Virus record (IMG/VR): IMGVR_UViG_3300022602_000033 | Reading direction: 5' to 3' (one strand) | Source of the DNA: a virus | DNA length: 64,000 nt | In this document: positions 42,074-51,379 of the stretch, in pieces | Position numbering within the stretch: the stretch's first letter is position 1 | Layout: every line of letters begins with the position of its first letter | Translations under genes and position numbers: made by a program | The notes under the pieces: generated by a model | What the model was told of the DNA's origin: nothing | Database searches by the model: none | What the model saw: only the letters and a program-made list of their open reading frames with translations

Positions 42074-43063
42074 GTGCACACATATCTAGTAATAGACTGC
42101 CAAAATCTCTTCATGAGAGTGCGCCACGGTATCAAAGCACCCAGCACTGACCTACAGCTGGGCATGGCGCTGCACATCATATTCAGCAGCATCAAGAAGG
42201 TATGGTCTGATTTTCAAGGCAGCCATACCGTTTTTTGCTTGGAAGGACGCAGTTGGCGCAAGGATGTTTATGCTCCTTATAAGGCCAATCGCAAGGTGGC
42301 TGCTGCTCAGCGCACCGAGCGCGAAGTGGAAGAAGATGCTGTGTTTTTTGAAAGCATGGACGGTTTCATCGACTTCATCAAGACCAAGACCAATTGCACA
42401 GTGCTGCGACATCCAAACGGCGAAGCAGATGACATGATCGCACGTTGGATCCAGCTGCATCCAGACGACAAGCATGTGATCATCAGCAGCGACAGTGATT
42501 TCCAACAGCTGATAGCAGAAAATGTCATACTGTACAATGGCATAGCCAGCCTGCTGTACACTCACACAGGCATCTATGATCAGGATGGCAATATAGCTGT
42601 GAACAAGCAGGGCAAGCCCATGCCTGTGCCCAATCCAGAATGGATCCTGTTCGAAAAGTGCATGCGCGGAGACGACAGTGATAACGTGATGAGCGCATTC
42701 CCCGGCGTGCGCAAGACCAAGCTGGAAGCTGCGTTTGAAGATCGTCATAACCGTGGATATACGTGGAATAACCTCATGCTTAGCAAGTGGTTAGATCATG
42801 AAAACACAGAACACAGAGTGCGGGACGATTACGAGAGAAATCGCATGTTGATCGATCTCACACAGCAGCCACCAGACCTCATAGAAAAGTTTGATCGCAC
42901 CATCATCGAAGAAGTGAATCAGGCACCAAAGAAGCAGGTGGGATTGGCGCTGATGCGATTCTGCAACATCAACGGATTGGTGCGCATCGAAAAGAATGTC
43001 AATGACTTCAGTCCCACGCTGAGCGCATTATACGAGGGACAGCTCAAGATGGAGACAGCATGA
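42074..43063 (+). CDS. rnh: T4-type RNase H / 5'-3' exonuclease (FEN family)
   Basis: WRK..Y..YKANR, EADDMIA, SSDSDF and GDDSDNV motifs. Confidence 0.9.
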   Translation: MHTYLVIDCQNLFMRVRHGIKAPSTDLQLGMALHIIFSSIKKVWSDFQGSHTVFCLEGRSWRKDVYAPYKANRKVAAAQRTEREVEEDAVFFESMDGFIDFIKTKTNCTVLRHPNGEADDMIARWIQLHPDDKHVIISSDSDFQQLIAENVILYNGIASLLYTHTGIYDQDGNIAVNKQGKPMPVPNPEWILFEKCMRGDDSDNVMSAFPGVRKTKLEAAFEDRHNRGYTWNNLMLSKWLDHENTEHRVRDDYERNRMLIDLTQQPPDLIEKFDRTIIEEVNQAPKKQVGLALMRFCNINGLVRIEKNVNDFSPTLSALYEGQLKMETA

Positions 43064-43539
43064 GCATCTACAAGATGAAAGAAGTGACTGAGACCAGCTA
43101 CATCCTTGAAAAGGATGGCAGCAACACCGGACTGGTAACCATCACAATCGAAGGCATCAAGGTCATAGGACCGTTTGATCGCAAGCTGTTTGCAGATGCT
43201 GACGAGCTTACTGCGTATCTGGGTGGCGATCTCACCATCGAAGCACGCGAATCCGAGGATGACAAGGAAGATGAGATCGGACAGATCAATGGCTACCCAA
43301 TCAAACACAAAGCAGTGTTTGATGTGGAAGAAGGTACCATCGTGACCTACAGCAAGACTGCCAAAGGCAAAGCCAGATTCGCAGCAGGATATTATGCGCT
43401 AGACTTTGAGCATGGTTGGACTGGCAGCTACTGCCCGCGCACACAGACTCTGGAAGAGAATGAGTTCATAGGTCCGTTCCGCACCAAGCTGGAGATGCAG
43501 AATGCCATGGCCCAAAAGAAGAGGGTGAGCAAGCTATGA
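43060..43539 (+). CDS. Hypothetical protein
   Basis: 159 aa, ATGA-coupled; AGYY...YCP...GPF motifs. Confidence 0.65.
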   Translation: MSIYKMKEVTETSYILEKDGSNTGLVTITIEGIKVIGPFDRKLFADADELTAYLGGDLTIEARESEDDKEDEIGQINGYPIKHKAVFDVEEGTIVTYSKTAKGKARFAAGYYALDFEHGWTGSYCPRTQTLEENEFIGPFRTKLEMQNAMAQKKRVSKL

Positions 43540-43757
43540 GTGATGAAGTAAACCAAGTGCGCAGTTTCCTAGAGAAGCATCGCGTGGCCAAGATGGCCAA
43601 CAGCCGTGAGATCAGACTGACCATGCAAGAAGCCGATGTGCTTGCTGCCAGCATTGCTGTGATGTTATCGCGAGAAACTGAACTGGCTGCCAAGGTAATT
43701 GACCTACAAGCACAGATCATGAGCGCAGAGATCAAGCAAGACGGCGGTCACTTCTAA
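43536..43757 (+). CDS. Small hypothetical protein
   Basis: 73 aa, ATGA-coupled, ends DGGHF. Confidence 0.6.
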   Translation: MSDEVNQVRSFLEKHRVAKMANSREIRLTMQEADVLAASIAVMLSRETELAAKVIDLQAQIMSAEIKQDGGHF

Positions 43758-43774
43758 CCACCCTTAAATATGGG

Positions 43775-44191
43775 GTGACAAAATCAGATTGGCCTCATCA
43801 AGATCTCTGGGATCACGGACCCTATGGTCCCCTCAAATGGATACAAGAACAGGGCATGGCCAGTGCCATAGTGCATAACCTGTTAGATGAGCAGGGACCT
43901 GTGAGCGAAGATGAATTGTTAGCCACTCGCAAGACACTGTTCGTGAATCAAGGTTGGCGGTTGACACCCACAGGCACCAAGCTGTTCATGGACTGCTACA
44001 ATCACTATAAAGCGCTCAGCGATGAGAACGAGATCATGACAGGTCGGGTGCTGATAGGCATGGATAAAGCAGTGCGAGGACCATGGGCCTATCGCGGCAA
44101 GACCATCATAACCTTTGATGCCCAGACTCATTTTGAGCTGCAGATGGTTGGCGGTAGCGCCAGAGCATTCGTGGAATTCAAAAGCGGTTGA
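43775..44191 (+). CDS. Hypothetical protein
   Basis: 138 aa; TAAATA 4 nt before the GTG. Confidence 0.6.
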   Translation: MTKSDWPHQDLWDHGPYGPLKWIQEQGMASAIVHNLLDEQGPVSEDELLATRKTLFVNQGWRLTPTGTKLFMDCYNHYKALSDENEIMTGRVLIGMDKAVRGPWAYRGKTIITFDAQTHFELQMVGGSARAFVEFKSG

Positions 44192-44215
44192 CAGTGTGCG
44201 TAATCATGCTATTGT
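44188..44215 (+). promoter_or_regulatory. Early sigma70-type promoter
   Basis: TTGACA-N13-TGC-TATTGT. Confidence 0.7.
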
Positions 44216-44221
44216 GTGAGC

Positions 44222-44413
44222 ATGAGATGGAAACACGCACACAGCCCAGAACTGCCCAGTGATGAACCCTGCTACGAGGTCAATCCAGACCTGTGGTCAG
44301 CGTTCAAAACCAGCTTTGACTTGCGTTTTGGATTTGGTCCAGCTGAAAAGCCAATCTACTCAGAAGCATTCTGCGCACAATGGATGGATCACGAGGTTCC
44401 CATTGACCAGTGA
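44222..44413 (+). CDS. Small hypothetical protein
   Basis: ATG 6 nt after the -10 box. Confidence 0.45.
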   Translation: MRWKHAHSPELPSDEPCYEVNPDLWSAFKTSFDLRFGFGPAEKPIYSEAFCAQWMDHEVPIDQ

Positions 44414-44738
44414 TCGCGATTGGGGTTGGGCAGCACATCTGTACAGGACTACCATAGATGTTGCTCAATCCGATGAGCGCTATGGCGATGTGCTGGGGCG
44501 CACTATATCACAATGCGATTACAGCGAGATCACCGCAGATGACATTGCCACAGGCTGTGCAGTACGCGAATATTGGGCTGGTAAATTGGATGAAATCCTA
44601 GCAGAAACTGCAGACAGATACACCAGAGAATGCTGGGCGATGGCCGCAGGAAAACGTGCTTTCGTGCCTATTTTTGCTGTCAGTATGACGCTTAGCTACT
44701 TGAAAAACAAGGCAAAAATACCGGTTGACAGCCTATAG
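44403..44738 (+). CDS. Hypothetical protein
   Basis: TTG start with a GAGG SD inside the 159-aa ORF. Confidence 0.4.
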   Translation: MTSDRDWGWAAHLYRTTIDVAQSDERYGDVLGRTISQCDYSEITADDIATGCAVREYWAGKLDEILAETADRYTRECWAMAAGKRAFVPIFAVSMTLSYLKNKAKIPVDSL

Positions 44739-44752
44739 ATACATGCTATTGT
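44725..44752 (+). promoter_or_regulatory. Early sigma70-type promoter
   Basis: TTGACA-N13-TGC-TATTGT. Confidence 0.7.
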
Positions 44753-44770
44753 GTGTAAACAACAGGGAGT

Positions 44771-45052
44771 ATGCCTATGCTGTACACAATGGAAATCTAC
44801 AAAACAGACCGACGCTCCAAAGCAGGTGAGCGACTCTGCGGCAAGTACGAATACGATCGCCCAGATCTGGATGCCATGCAGCGTGAGGTTCGTGAACTGA
44901 ATTCGTTATATCCTGCCGCACAGGGCTATCGGTTTGAGATCCGCGAGACCTTGGTTACTCGCAAGAATCTGCTCACCGGACAAGAGTTCCAAGAGCGATA
45001 CGACCGCCCATATCACTGCAGTCCGGCCAGCGAAAGCTACTGGAGCGCCTGA
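44771..45052 (+). CDS. Small hypothetical protein
   Basis: 93 aa, GGGAG SD; C-terminal CSPASESYWS. Confidence 0.65.
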   Translation: MPMLYTMEIYKTDRRSKAGERLCGKYEYDRPDLDAMQREVRELNSLYPAAQGYRFEIRETLVTRKNLLTGQEFQERYDRPYHCSPASESYWSA

Positions 45053-45061
45053 TCTTTCCCA

Positions 45062-45089
45062 TTGACACATCCTCGAATCGTGCTATTGT
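45062..45089 (+). promoter_or_regulatory. Early sigma70-type promoter
   Basis: TTGACA-N13-TGC-TATTGT. Confidence 0.7.
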
Positions 45090-45115
45090 AGCACATCAAA
45101 CAACGGAGCAAGCAT

Positions 45116-46303
45116 ATGGCTACAGCAACTAAGAATCGTGTTCTTGAGAACACTGGCATTTCCCCGTCGCGCTTGAAAATGGCGCTTACACACAGCATCA
45201 ACCGCAAGCGCCCTGTGTTCGTTTGGGGTCCCCCAGGCATTGGCAAGTCTGACATCGTTGCTGAGGTAGCACGCGAACAGAATCGTCCACTGATTGACAT
45301 CCGACTGCCTCTGATGGAACCCACAGACGTGCGTGGTATCCCTTACCTTGCTGAGGTCAAGGTCTATGACGCACAGGGCAACTTGGTGCGCGACGAGCAG
45401 AATGTTCCGCTCACTGAGAAGGTGTTCAAGTGGTCCAATCCCAGCGATTTGCCCACAGATCCCAACAGCCGCGCATTGGTGTTCTTTGACGAGATGAGCG
45501 CAGCACCTCCCAGCGTGCAGGCAGCTACCTACCAGGTTATCCTCAATCGCAAGATTGGTACCTATGAACTGCCAGCAGACGTTGTGATCGTGGCTGCAGG
45601 CAATCGCGTGAAAGACAAGGGCGTGGCATACAACATGCCCATGCCGTTGGCTAACCGCTTCTCGCATGTCACGCTGGACGTGAGCATCGACGACTGGAAA
45701 GAGTGGGCGCTGCTGAACCGCGTGCACAAGGACGTGGTTGGTTATCTCAGCTTCCAGCCCAACGACTTGATGAACTTCCAGCCCAGCACAGACAGCTATG
45801 CGTTTGCCACGCCTCGTTCGTGGTACTTTGCGTCAGAACTGCTGCAGGAGCCCAACAAGGACGGCGACATGGTAGACGTGCGCTTGCCTGACGAGGTCTT
45901 GGGCGATCTCATCAAGGGCACCGTGGGCGAAGGTCCGGGCATCAAGTTCATGACCTATCGCAAGCAGGCAGCTAACCTGCCCAATGCCAAGGATATCTTG
46001 GAGGGCAAGGTCACCAAGCTCAACAGCAAGCAGATTGACGTGATGTATGCATTGACCACCGCGCTGTGCTACGAGCTCAACGATGCTGCCAAGCACGTGA
46101 AGACCGATGCCAAAGCAGATGATGCGTTCCAGAGCAAGGTAGACGTGTTCTTCCGCTTCATCATGGACAACTTCGAAGACGAGTTGGCTGTGATGGGTGC
46201 CAAGACCATCCTTGGTACCTACAAGCTGCCTATCAAGGCACCAAAGCTGAAGACGTGGACGGAATTTTGTAAAAAATATTCTGATTTGATCCCCTCTATC
46301 TAA
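45116..46303 (+). CDS. MoxR-type AAA+ ATPase
   Basis: GPPGIGKS, FFDE, AAGNR, LANRF and TPRSW motifs. Confidence 0.88.
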   Translation: MATATKNRVLENTGISPSRLKMALTHSINRKRPVFVWGPPGIGKSDIVAEVAREQNRPLIDIRLPLMEPTDVRGIPYLAEVKVYDAQGNLVRDEQNVPLTEKVFKWSNPSDLPTDPNSRALVFFDEMSAAPPSVQAATYQVILNRKIGTYELPADVVIVAAGNRVKDKGVAYNMPMPLANRFSHVTLDVSIDDWKEWALLNRVHKDVVGYLSFQPNDLMNFQPSTDSYAFATPRSWYFASELLQEPNKDGDMVDVRLPDEVLGDLIKGTVGEGPGIKFMTYRKQAANLPNAKDILEGKVTKLNSKQIDVMYALTTALCYELNDAAKHVKTDAKADDAFQSKVDVFFRFIMDNFEDELAVMGAKTILGTYKLPIKAPKLKTWTEFCKKYSDLIPSI

Positions 46304-46309
46304 ATAACA

Positions 46310-46356
46310 CAGGGCGTCAGCTTAATGGTTGACGCCCTGGCAATACGTGCTATTAT
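46310..46356 (+). promoter_or_regulatory. 12-bp hairpin overlapping a sigma70-type promoter
   Basis: CAGGGCGTCAGC-ttaatg-GTTGACGCCCTG; TTGACG(46329)-N13-TGC-TATTAT(46351). Confidence 0.6.
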
Positions 46357-46376
46357 GGTTTATCGGAGGTACACAC

Positions 46377-47651
46377 ATGTCAATTCAACGAGATCCAATT
46401 GCCAAGAAGATCAGCCAGGCACGCTTAGAACTGCTGTTCAAGACACCATTCTTTGGCACGCTGACCATGCAGCTGCCGTTAGTAGATGCCACTGACGCAG
46501 GTTGGTGCACCACAGCAGCCGTGGACGGACGCAACATCTATTACAATCGTGACTTCTTCAAGGATCTGGATGTGGACGAGATCAAGTTCGTGCTGTGCCA
46601 TGAGGTGCTGCATGTGGCGCTGGACCACTTTGGTCGCCGCACACACCGTGATCCCAGCTGGTGGAACATGGCCAATGACTACATCATCAATGGCATGCTC
46701 ACCACAGACAAGATTGGCAAGATGCCCACAAAGAAGGTCACAGACGTTGACGAGAAGGGCGAGACCAACCAGCGTGTGGGCTTGTATGATGAGAAGTATC
46801 TGGGTTGGACCTCTGAGGCAGTGTACGACGATCTGCAGAAGCGCAAGGTCAAGAAACAACTGACCATGGACGTGCATCTGGAGATGGGCGGGGACAGCAA
46901 TGGCAAGGATGGCAAGGGTCGCCAGGCTGTGGACAAGGACGGCAATCCCATCAAGGTCAGCAAGGAAGAACTGGACAAGATCCGCGAAGAGATGAAGAAC
47001 AAGGTCTTACAGGCAGCACAGGCCAGCGCAGGCAAGATGCCAGCCAGCTTGCAGCGTCTGGTGGACGATCTCATCGAGCCCAAGATCAACTGGCGCGATC
47101 TCCTGCAGCAGAACATCCAGAGCTGCATCACTGACGACTTTACCTGGATGCGTCCTAACCGCAAGCACATGTATGGTGGCATCTTCCTTCCCACGCTGGA
47201 CAAGGACGATACCATTGACATTGCCATTGCCATTGACATGAGCGGTTCAATCAGCGACAGCATGGCCAAGGACTTCCTCAGCGAGGTCTATGGCATCATG
47301 CAGATGTACAACGACTTCGCCATCAGCATCCTCTGCTTTGACACCCAGGTCTACAACTTCCAGAAGTTCACCAAGGACAGCGCAGACGATTTGCTGACCT
47401 ATGAGTGCAAGGGAGGCGGCGGCACAGAGTTCATGGCATTCTGGAACTACTGGATGGAAGAGCAGATTGAACCCAAGAAGGCAGTGATCTTCACAGACGG
47501 TTATCCGTTTGGTACATGGGGTCCGGAGAGCTACTGCGACGTGCTCTGGATCATCACTGAGGGTCACAAGACTCGCGTGAAGCCACCGTTTGGTCAGTAT
47601 GCTTACTATGACCATGACACGGGTGTGGCAGAGATTGGACAGGCTGCGTGA
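46377..47651 (+). CDS. VWA-domain/HExxH metallopeptidase-like protein (DUF2201 type), MoxR partner
   Basis: TAAVDG, HEVLH, MIDAS DMSGS, GGGGT and FTDG motifs. Start moved to 46377 (GGAGG SD). Confidence 0.85.
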   Translation: MSIQRDPIAKKISQARLELLFKTPFFGTLTMQLPLVDATDAGWCTTAAVDGRNIYYNRDFFKDLDVDEIKFVLCHEVLHVALDHFGRRTHRDPSWWNMANDYIINGMLTTDKIGKMPTKKVTDVDEKGETNQRVGLYDEKYLGWTSEAVYDDLQKRKVKKQLTMDVHLEMGGDSNGKDGKGRQAVDKDGNPIKVSKEELDKIREEMKNKVLQAAQASAGKMPASLQRLVDDLIEPKINWRDLLQQNIQSCITDDFTWMRPNRKHMYGGIFLPTLDKDDTIDIAIAIDMSGSISDSMAKDFLSEVYGIMQMYNDFAISILCFDTQVYNFQKFTKDSADDLLTYECKGGGGTEFMAFWNYWMEEQIEPKKAVIFTDGYPFGTWGPESYCDVLWIITEGHKTRVKPPFGQYAYYDHDTGVAEIGQAA

Positions 47652-47679
47652 GCAGCCTGTGCTTAACAGGGAGGTATAG

Positions 47680-47871
47680 ATGAGCCTAGAGAATCACATC
47701 AATCGTTTGATCACAGAACACCAGGCACTGGACGATGAGATCGATCGTGCAGAGCGCACAGGACGTTACGATGATGACGCACTGCACCAATTGAAAAAGA
47801 AAAAGTTGGCTCTCAAGGATGAGATCGCTAAACTTATGGCAGGCGCAGATAACAAGAAGGCAGGCGACTAA
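47680..47871 (+). CDS. YdcH/DUF465-family small coiled-coil protein
   Basis: H..LD..I...LKKKKLxLKDEI signature. Confidence 0.8.
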   Translation: MSLENHINRLITEHQALDDEIDRAERTGRYDDDALHQLKKKKLALKDEIAKLMAGADNKKAGD

Positions 47872-48149
47872 TGCAAGGTACACCCGGAGAATTCCGACCA
47901 CAGCTGGGACAGCTCAGTGCTCAGCTGTGTGCTATGGTAGCAGAGAGATTGGCCATGTGGAGCCGAGACATGCCGCCTCAGGAGCGACAGAAGATCATTG
48001 ATATGATCGAGGACAAACTGCCCACGGTGGTTACCAACAGCATCGAAAAGACTGCCAGCCTGCACAGTGCGCAGGGTGTGGCCTATCTGGAAGAGCACTT
48101 GGAGGAATGGGCCGAATCATGGGCTCGCAAGTTCATAGGCAAGGATTGA
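47871..48149 (+). CDS. Hypothetical protein
   Basis: TAATG-coupled 92-aa ORF. Confidence 0.55.
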   Translation: MQGTPGEFRPQLGQLSAQLCAMVAERLAMWSRDMPPQERQKIIDMIEDKLPTVVTNSIEKTASLHSAQGVAYLEEHLEEWAESWARKFIGKD

Positions 48150-48370
48150 TACAACATAGCCAGCTCAACGGCAGCAACGTCATCGTGGACATGCCACAGG
48201 ACAGCTTTGCTGTGAGCATGCTGGAGCAACACCTGCAGCTGAACTATCCCACGGCTCATATACAAGGCATGGCACATCAGATACACTGGTCCACCAACAT
48301 AGCCAAGCTGAAGATCGCATTTGATAACCTCGAAGACGCTATAGATTTCCATCTCAGGCACAGCGAATAG
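48146..48370 (+). CDS. Hypothetical protein
   Basis: TTGA-coupled start within the 87-aa ORF. Confidence 0.45.
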   Translation: MIQHSQLNGSNVIVDMPQDSFAVSMLEQHLQLNYPTAHIQGMAHQIHWSTNIAKLKIAFDNLEDAIDFHLRHSE

Positions 48371-48379
48371 GAGACACAC

Positions 48380-48592
48380 ATGAATGCACAGCAACTAGGC
48401 AGAGAGATGATGACACGCAGCGGTGACATCACTGATGATCGCCAGAGCTGCGATTGGGCAAGGATTGGTCAGATCTTGACCATGCTGGGCACACCCAAGA
48501 TGCCAAAAACTGTTCGTGATATGAAGCTAGAAGATCGCACAGTGGTTATGGACGCTATCACAACGCTGCAGTATCTCCGATCGATAAGATAA
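48380..48592 (+). CDS. Hypothetical protein
   Basis: AGGAG SD, 70 aa. Confidence 0.55.
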   Translation: MNAQQLGREMMTRSGDITDDRQSCDWARIGQILTMLGTPKMPKTVRDMKLEDRTVVMDAITTLQYLRSIR

Positions 48593-48657
48593 CACTGATA
48601 CAGGGAAAAACATAAATAATTACAGCGTTGTTACCAGCGTACCACAAGGACCTTGAT

Positions 48658-48843
48658 GTGAAAAAACTTGTCAAAAAGATCTGCGTGCCGCTGGCGCTGT
48701 TTGCGATATTCTTCTTGTCTGGGATGATAGGATTGGCATGCGAGCAAGTGCACAACGATCTAACGCTGAGCACTGGGGCATTCATTACCAGCTTTGGCAG
48801 CATGTCAGGCTTGGTGCTCAGAGCTTATATAGCCCTTGCTTAA
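48658..48843 (+). CDS. Small two-TM membrane protein
   Basis: Hydrophobic segments; TAAATA at 48613-48618 and an AAGGA SD. Confidence 0.45.
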   Translation: MKKLVKKICVPLALFAIFFLSGMIGLACEQVHNDLTLSTGAFITSFGSMSGLVLRAYIALA

Positions 48844-48912
48844 AAATAATTTGGTTATGTTCATAATCTTGCTTAATACTGTGATAGAATCTCGTATCAA
48901 GGAGTCACAAGC

Positions 48913-49128
48913 ATGAACGATCAAACTGCACAGGCAGATTCAACCATCAATCTCGCAGATCTACAGAACATCTTGACGGTGTTGGATCTGGCCAGCAGCC
49001 GCGGCGCGTTCCGTGGCCCAGAGCTAGAACCAGTGGGTCAGCTCTATAACAAGTTCAAGAAGTTCGTGGACACTGCAGCAGCACAGCAGCAGGGCAGCGA
49101 CGCAGCAGCCGGTGCTACCAATGGCTGA
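48913..49128 (+). CDS. Small phage protein
   Basis: DL..I...D.AS.RGAF...E...VG..YNK motif; AGGAG SD. Confidence 0.65.
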   Translation: MNDQTAQADSTINLADLQNILTVLDLASSRGAFRGPELEPVGQLYNKFKKFVDTAAAQQQGSDAAAGATNG

Positions 49129-49834
49129 GATGATGAAACACATCGGCCAGATGGAAAACACTGGCAAGCAGGTGGTGGTAGTGTTCATGAGCTTACCAGG
49201 TGATGACGAACACGCGCTGGTCATAGACACAGATGCACTGCCTGATCAGTACAACGAAGCACTGCGCAAGATAGTGGAGAGCGTGGAAGGTCAGCAGAGC
49301 AAGGATCTGGGCGAGCTGCTGGGCCGTCGCCCTGCTCCAGATGGCACTGGGGCTACCATGCTGCAGAAGCTGCATGCTGCTCAGCGCTTGGACAAGGTGC
49401 CTGTGGATCTGGTCCACATGACGCCTGCACGCGGCATGAAGTTCCCACTGCGGCAGATACTAGCTGCCATGAAGACTGTTGACGACAGCACTCCGCCAGA
49501 CCTCAACGATCTGGATCCTGTGACTCGCGCACAGGTCATTGCTGAGATGGGCAAGTTCAACGTGCATCAGAGCAACATGGAAGGCACCACTGCTGACGGC
49601 AAGGCACAGGAAGCACGCGATCTCATACGCATGGCAGAGATGTTGGAAGCCGATGCCACTGCACGCCGTGCACAGGCCTATGCAATTGATCCCACTCTTA
49701 ACCCAGGACACAAGGCCAAAGCCAAGAGCAGTTCATGGTTAGAAGAAAATGTTGCTGCACCGACTGCTAAAAAAGCAGCACCCAAGGCCACAGCCAAGAA
49801 ACCAGCAGCTAAAAAGACAGCTGCCAAGAAATAA
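49121..49834 (+). CDS. Hypothetical protein with a histone-H1-like KKAA/KKPAA tail
   Basis: C-terminal AKKAAPKATAKKPAAKKTAAKK. Confidence 0.7.
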   Translation: MAEMMKHIGQMENTGKQVVVVFMSLPGDDEHALVIDTDALPDQYNEALRKIVESVEGQQSKDLGELLGRRPAPDGTGATMLQKLHAAQRLDKVPVDLVHMTPARGMKFPLRQILAAMKTVDDSTPPDLNDLDPVTRAQVIAEMGKFNVHQSNMEGTTADGKAQEARDLIRMAEMLEADATARRAQAYAIDPTLNPGHKAKAKSSSWLEENVAAPTAKKAAPKATAKKPAAKKTAAKK

Positions 49835-49870
49835 TATCACTTAAAAATTGATATGAGAAACGAGGACGGA

Positions 49871-50254
49871 TTATAACAATCCGTCCTTTTTCATTTGCTT
49901 GCGCACAGCTGTAGCAGAAATGCTATGGATGTCTTCATCAAACACTTCTTGTTCTATCTTGTAGCCAACATCGCGTCCGTATGTCACGTTGACGATGTTT
50001 GGCACTAACATGACCACATACTCGTCACCGTGCATGTAACCCTTCTTGCCCAGCTCTGTGATGATCCTATCACGTACCACATCGTAATAGAACGGATTCT
50101 TGTCGTCAGTGCCGCCCGTGTCTCTGACCATGATAGCAACCTGACCTGTCTTGGCCACTGCTCGCTCAAACAGCGCAAAGTGGCCATCGTGCCATGGCTG
50201 CCAACGGCCCAAAAGTTGCGTAGTTGGCTTGTTGTTTTCCCACTTCTTTCTCAT
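49871..50254 (-). CDS. Cytidylyltransferase-like (HxGH nucleotidyltransferase) protein
   Basis: GRWQPWHDGH, NPF and ISATxVR motifs; ATGA-coupled start at 50254 with a GGAGG SD. Confidence 0.8.
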   Translation of the reverse strand: MRKKWENNKPTTQLLGRWQPWHDGHFALFERAVAKTGQVAIMVRDTGGTDDKNPFYYDVVRDRIITELGKKGYMHGDEYVVMLVPNIVNVTYGRDVGYKIEQEVFDEDIHSISATAVRKQMKKDGLL

Positions 50255-50733
50255 CCGCCGTTCCTCCATCCATGTAGCATTGCCTTGATCCAACTGGGCT
50301 TATCATCAAGGTCAAGCTGTTCCCAGATGTACTTGGCCCAGAAGTCTGCGTCCTGTGTGTCCACGCGGTAGGCATACTGTCCGGGTTCAGGTGGCACGAA
50401 CATCTTGTTGGTATCTGCGAAACGACCTTGCTTTATCGTATCTACCCAGATGATCGTTGCTGGTCCAAACGCAGCACGGGTAGCTGGAGTTGGACAGATA
50501 AAATCTGCTATTGTCCAATGTCCTGCTTCCACTGCCTTGTCGCATAGCCATCCCATGCGGCGAGCTTGCTCTATCCTATCAGCTTCACTAAAGCCCAGAT
50601 CCTTGTTGATCTGCGCACGCACATCATCTGCGTTCCAATGCACGGCCTTGAGTTTGGTTCTCAGAGCTCTGGCCAACATGGTCTTGCCGGCGCCCGGCAG
50701 GCCCATGATCAGTATCTTCTTGTTAGGTTTCAT
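50251..50733 (-). CDS. Adenylyl-sulfate kinase (CysC)-like P-loop kinase
   Basis: MGLPGAGKT, NADDVR, DLGFS..DR and FICP motifs. Confidence 0.8.
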   Translation of the reverse strand: MKPNKKILIMGLPGAGKTMLARALRTKLKAVHWNADDVRAQINKDLGFSEADRIEQARRMGWLCDKAVEAGHWTIADFICPTPATRAAFGPATIIWVDTIKQGRFADTNKMFVPPEPGQYAYRVDTQDADFWAKYIWEQLDLDDKPSWIKAMLHGWRNGG

Positions 50734-51379
50734 TGTGTTCTCCAAGCATGGGAAATTGCTGTGTAACTATGTCCCAGCATGCATCTGCTATCTCGCGATG
50801 CTCCTTCTGCGTACCGTTGGCACGGCGTAGGTCGCAGTAGTGTACCCAGCTGCGCAAGCTGCCTGCCATGTACAGCTTGCTCTCTGTGAGCCCCTCTGGC
50901 AGCAGCGCACGGGCCTGTTCCTTGGCAATGCCCATGTTGATGGCCTTGGCATATTGGCGCTGCGCATCAGCTATGGCCAGCTCTTGCATGCTTCTCCACA
51001 GAGATTCGAGATCTGCATCATCTGTCTGGATGCTGTTCTGGCGGTTCTTGGCATCATGCAGACGTGCTTCTCTGGTTACGAAACCCAGGCTCTTGGTAGG
51101 ATCAGCATAGCGTTGGCTGAACTCTTGGAAGCTGAAGCTGCGATGCCGCAGTATCTGCCGCGCTATGTCTCTGGTGGTGTTGATCTCCATGGTCATGTGG
51201 ACCATTTCCAGAGGAGACCAGTGTGCGTTGTTGATGAGGTATCGTATTAGCTTGGCGCTGGTACCGTGGTTGTTTTGGTTGGCTGGGTTTGATACCCTGG
51301 CACAATATGCCACCAATTCTTCTGCTGTGGCACACTCGTCAATGGTAGGCTTGCTTATGGCTACGAGTTTCACTGTCAT
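50723..51379 (-). CDS. thyX: FAD-dependent thymidylate synthase
   Basis: ARVS, HWSPLE, RHRSFSFQEFSQRY and QKEHR motifs. Confidence 0.95.
   Translation of the reverse strand: MTVKLVAISKPTIDECATAEELVAYCARVSNPANQNNHGTSAKLIRYLINNAHWSPLEMVHMTMEINTTRDIARQILRHRSFSFQEFSQRYADPTKSLGFVTREARLHDAKNRQNSIQTDDADLESLWRSMQELAIADAQRQYAKAINMGIAKEQARALLPEGLTESKLYMAGSLRSWVHYCDLRRANGTQKEHREIADACWDIVTQQFPMLGEHNET

Noticed and set aside
49871-50733. Frameshifted single kinase-nucleotidyltransferase fusion
   Set aside because: The second ORF has its own GGAGG SD and an ATGA overlap, consistent with two coupled genes.
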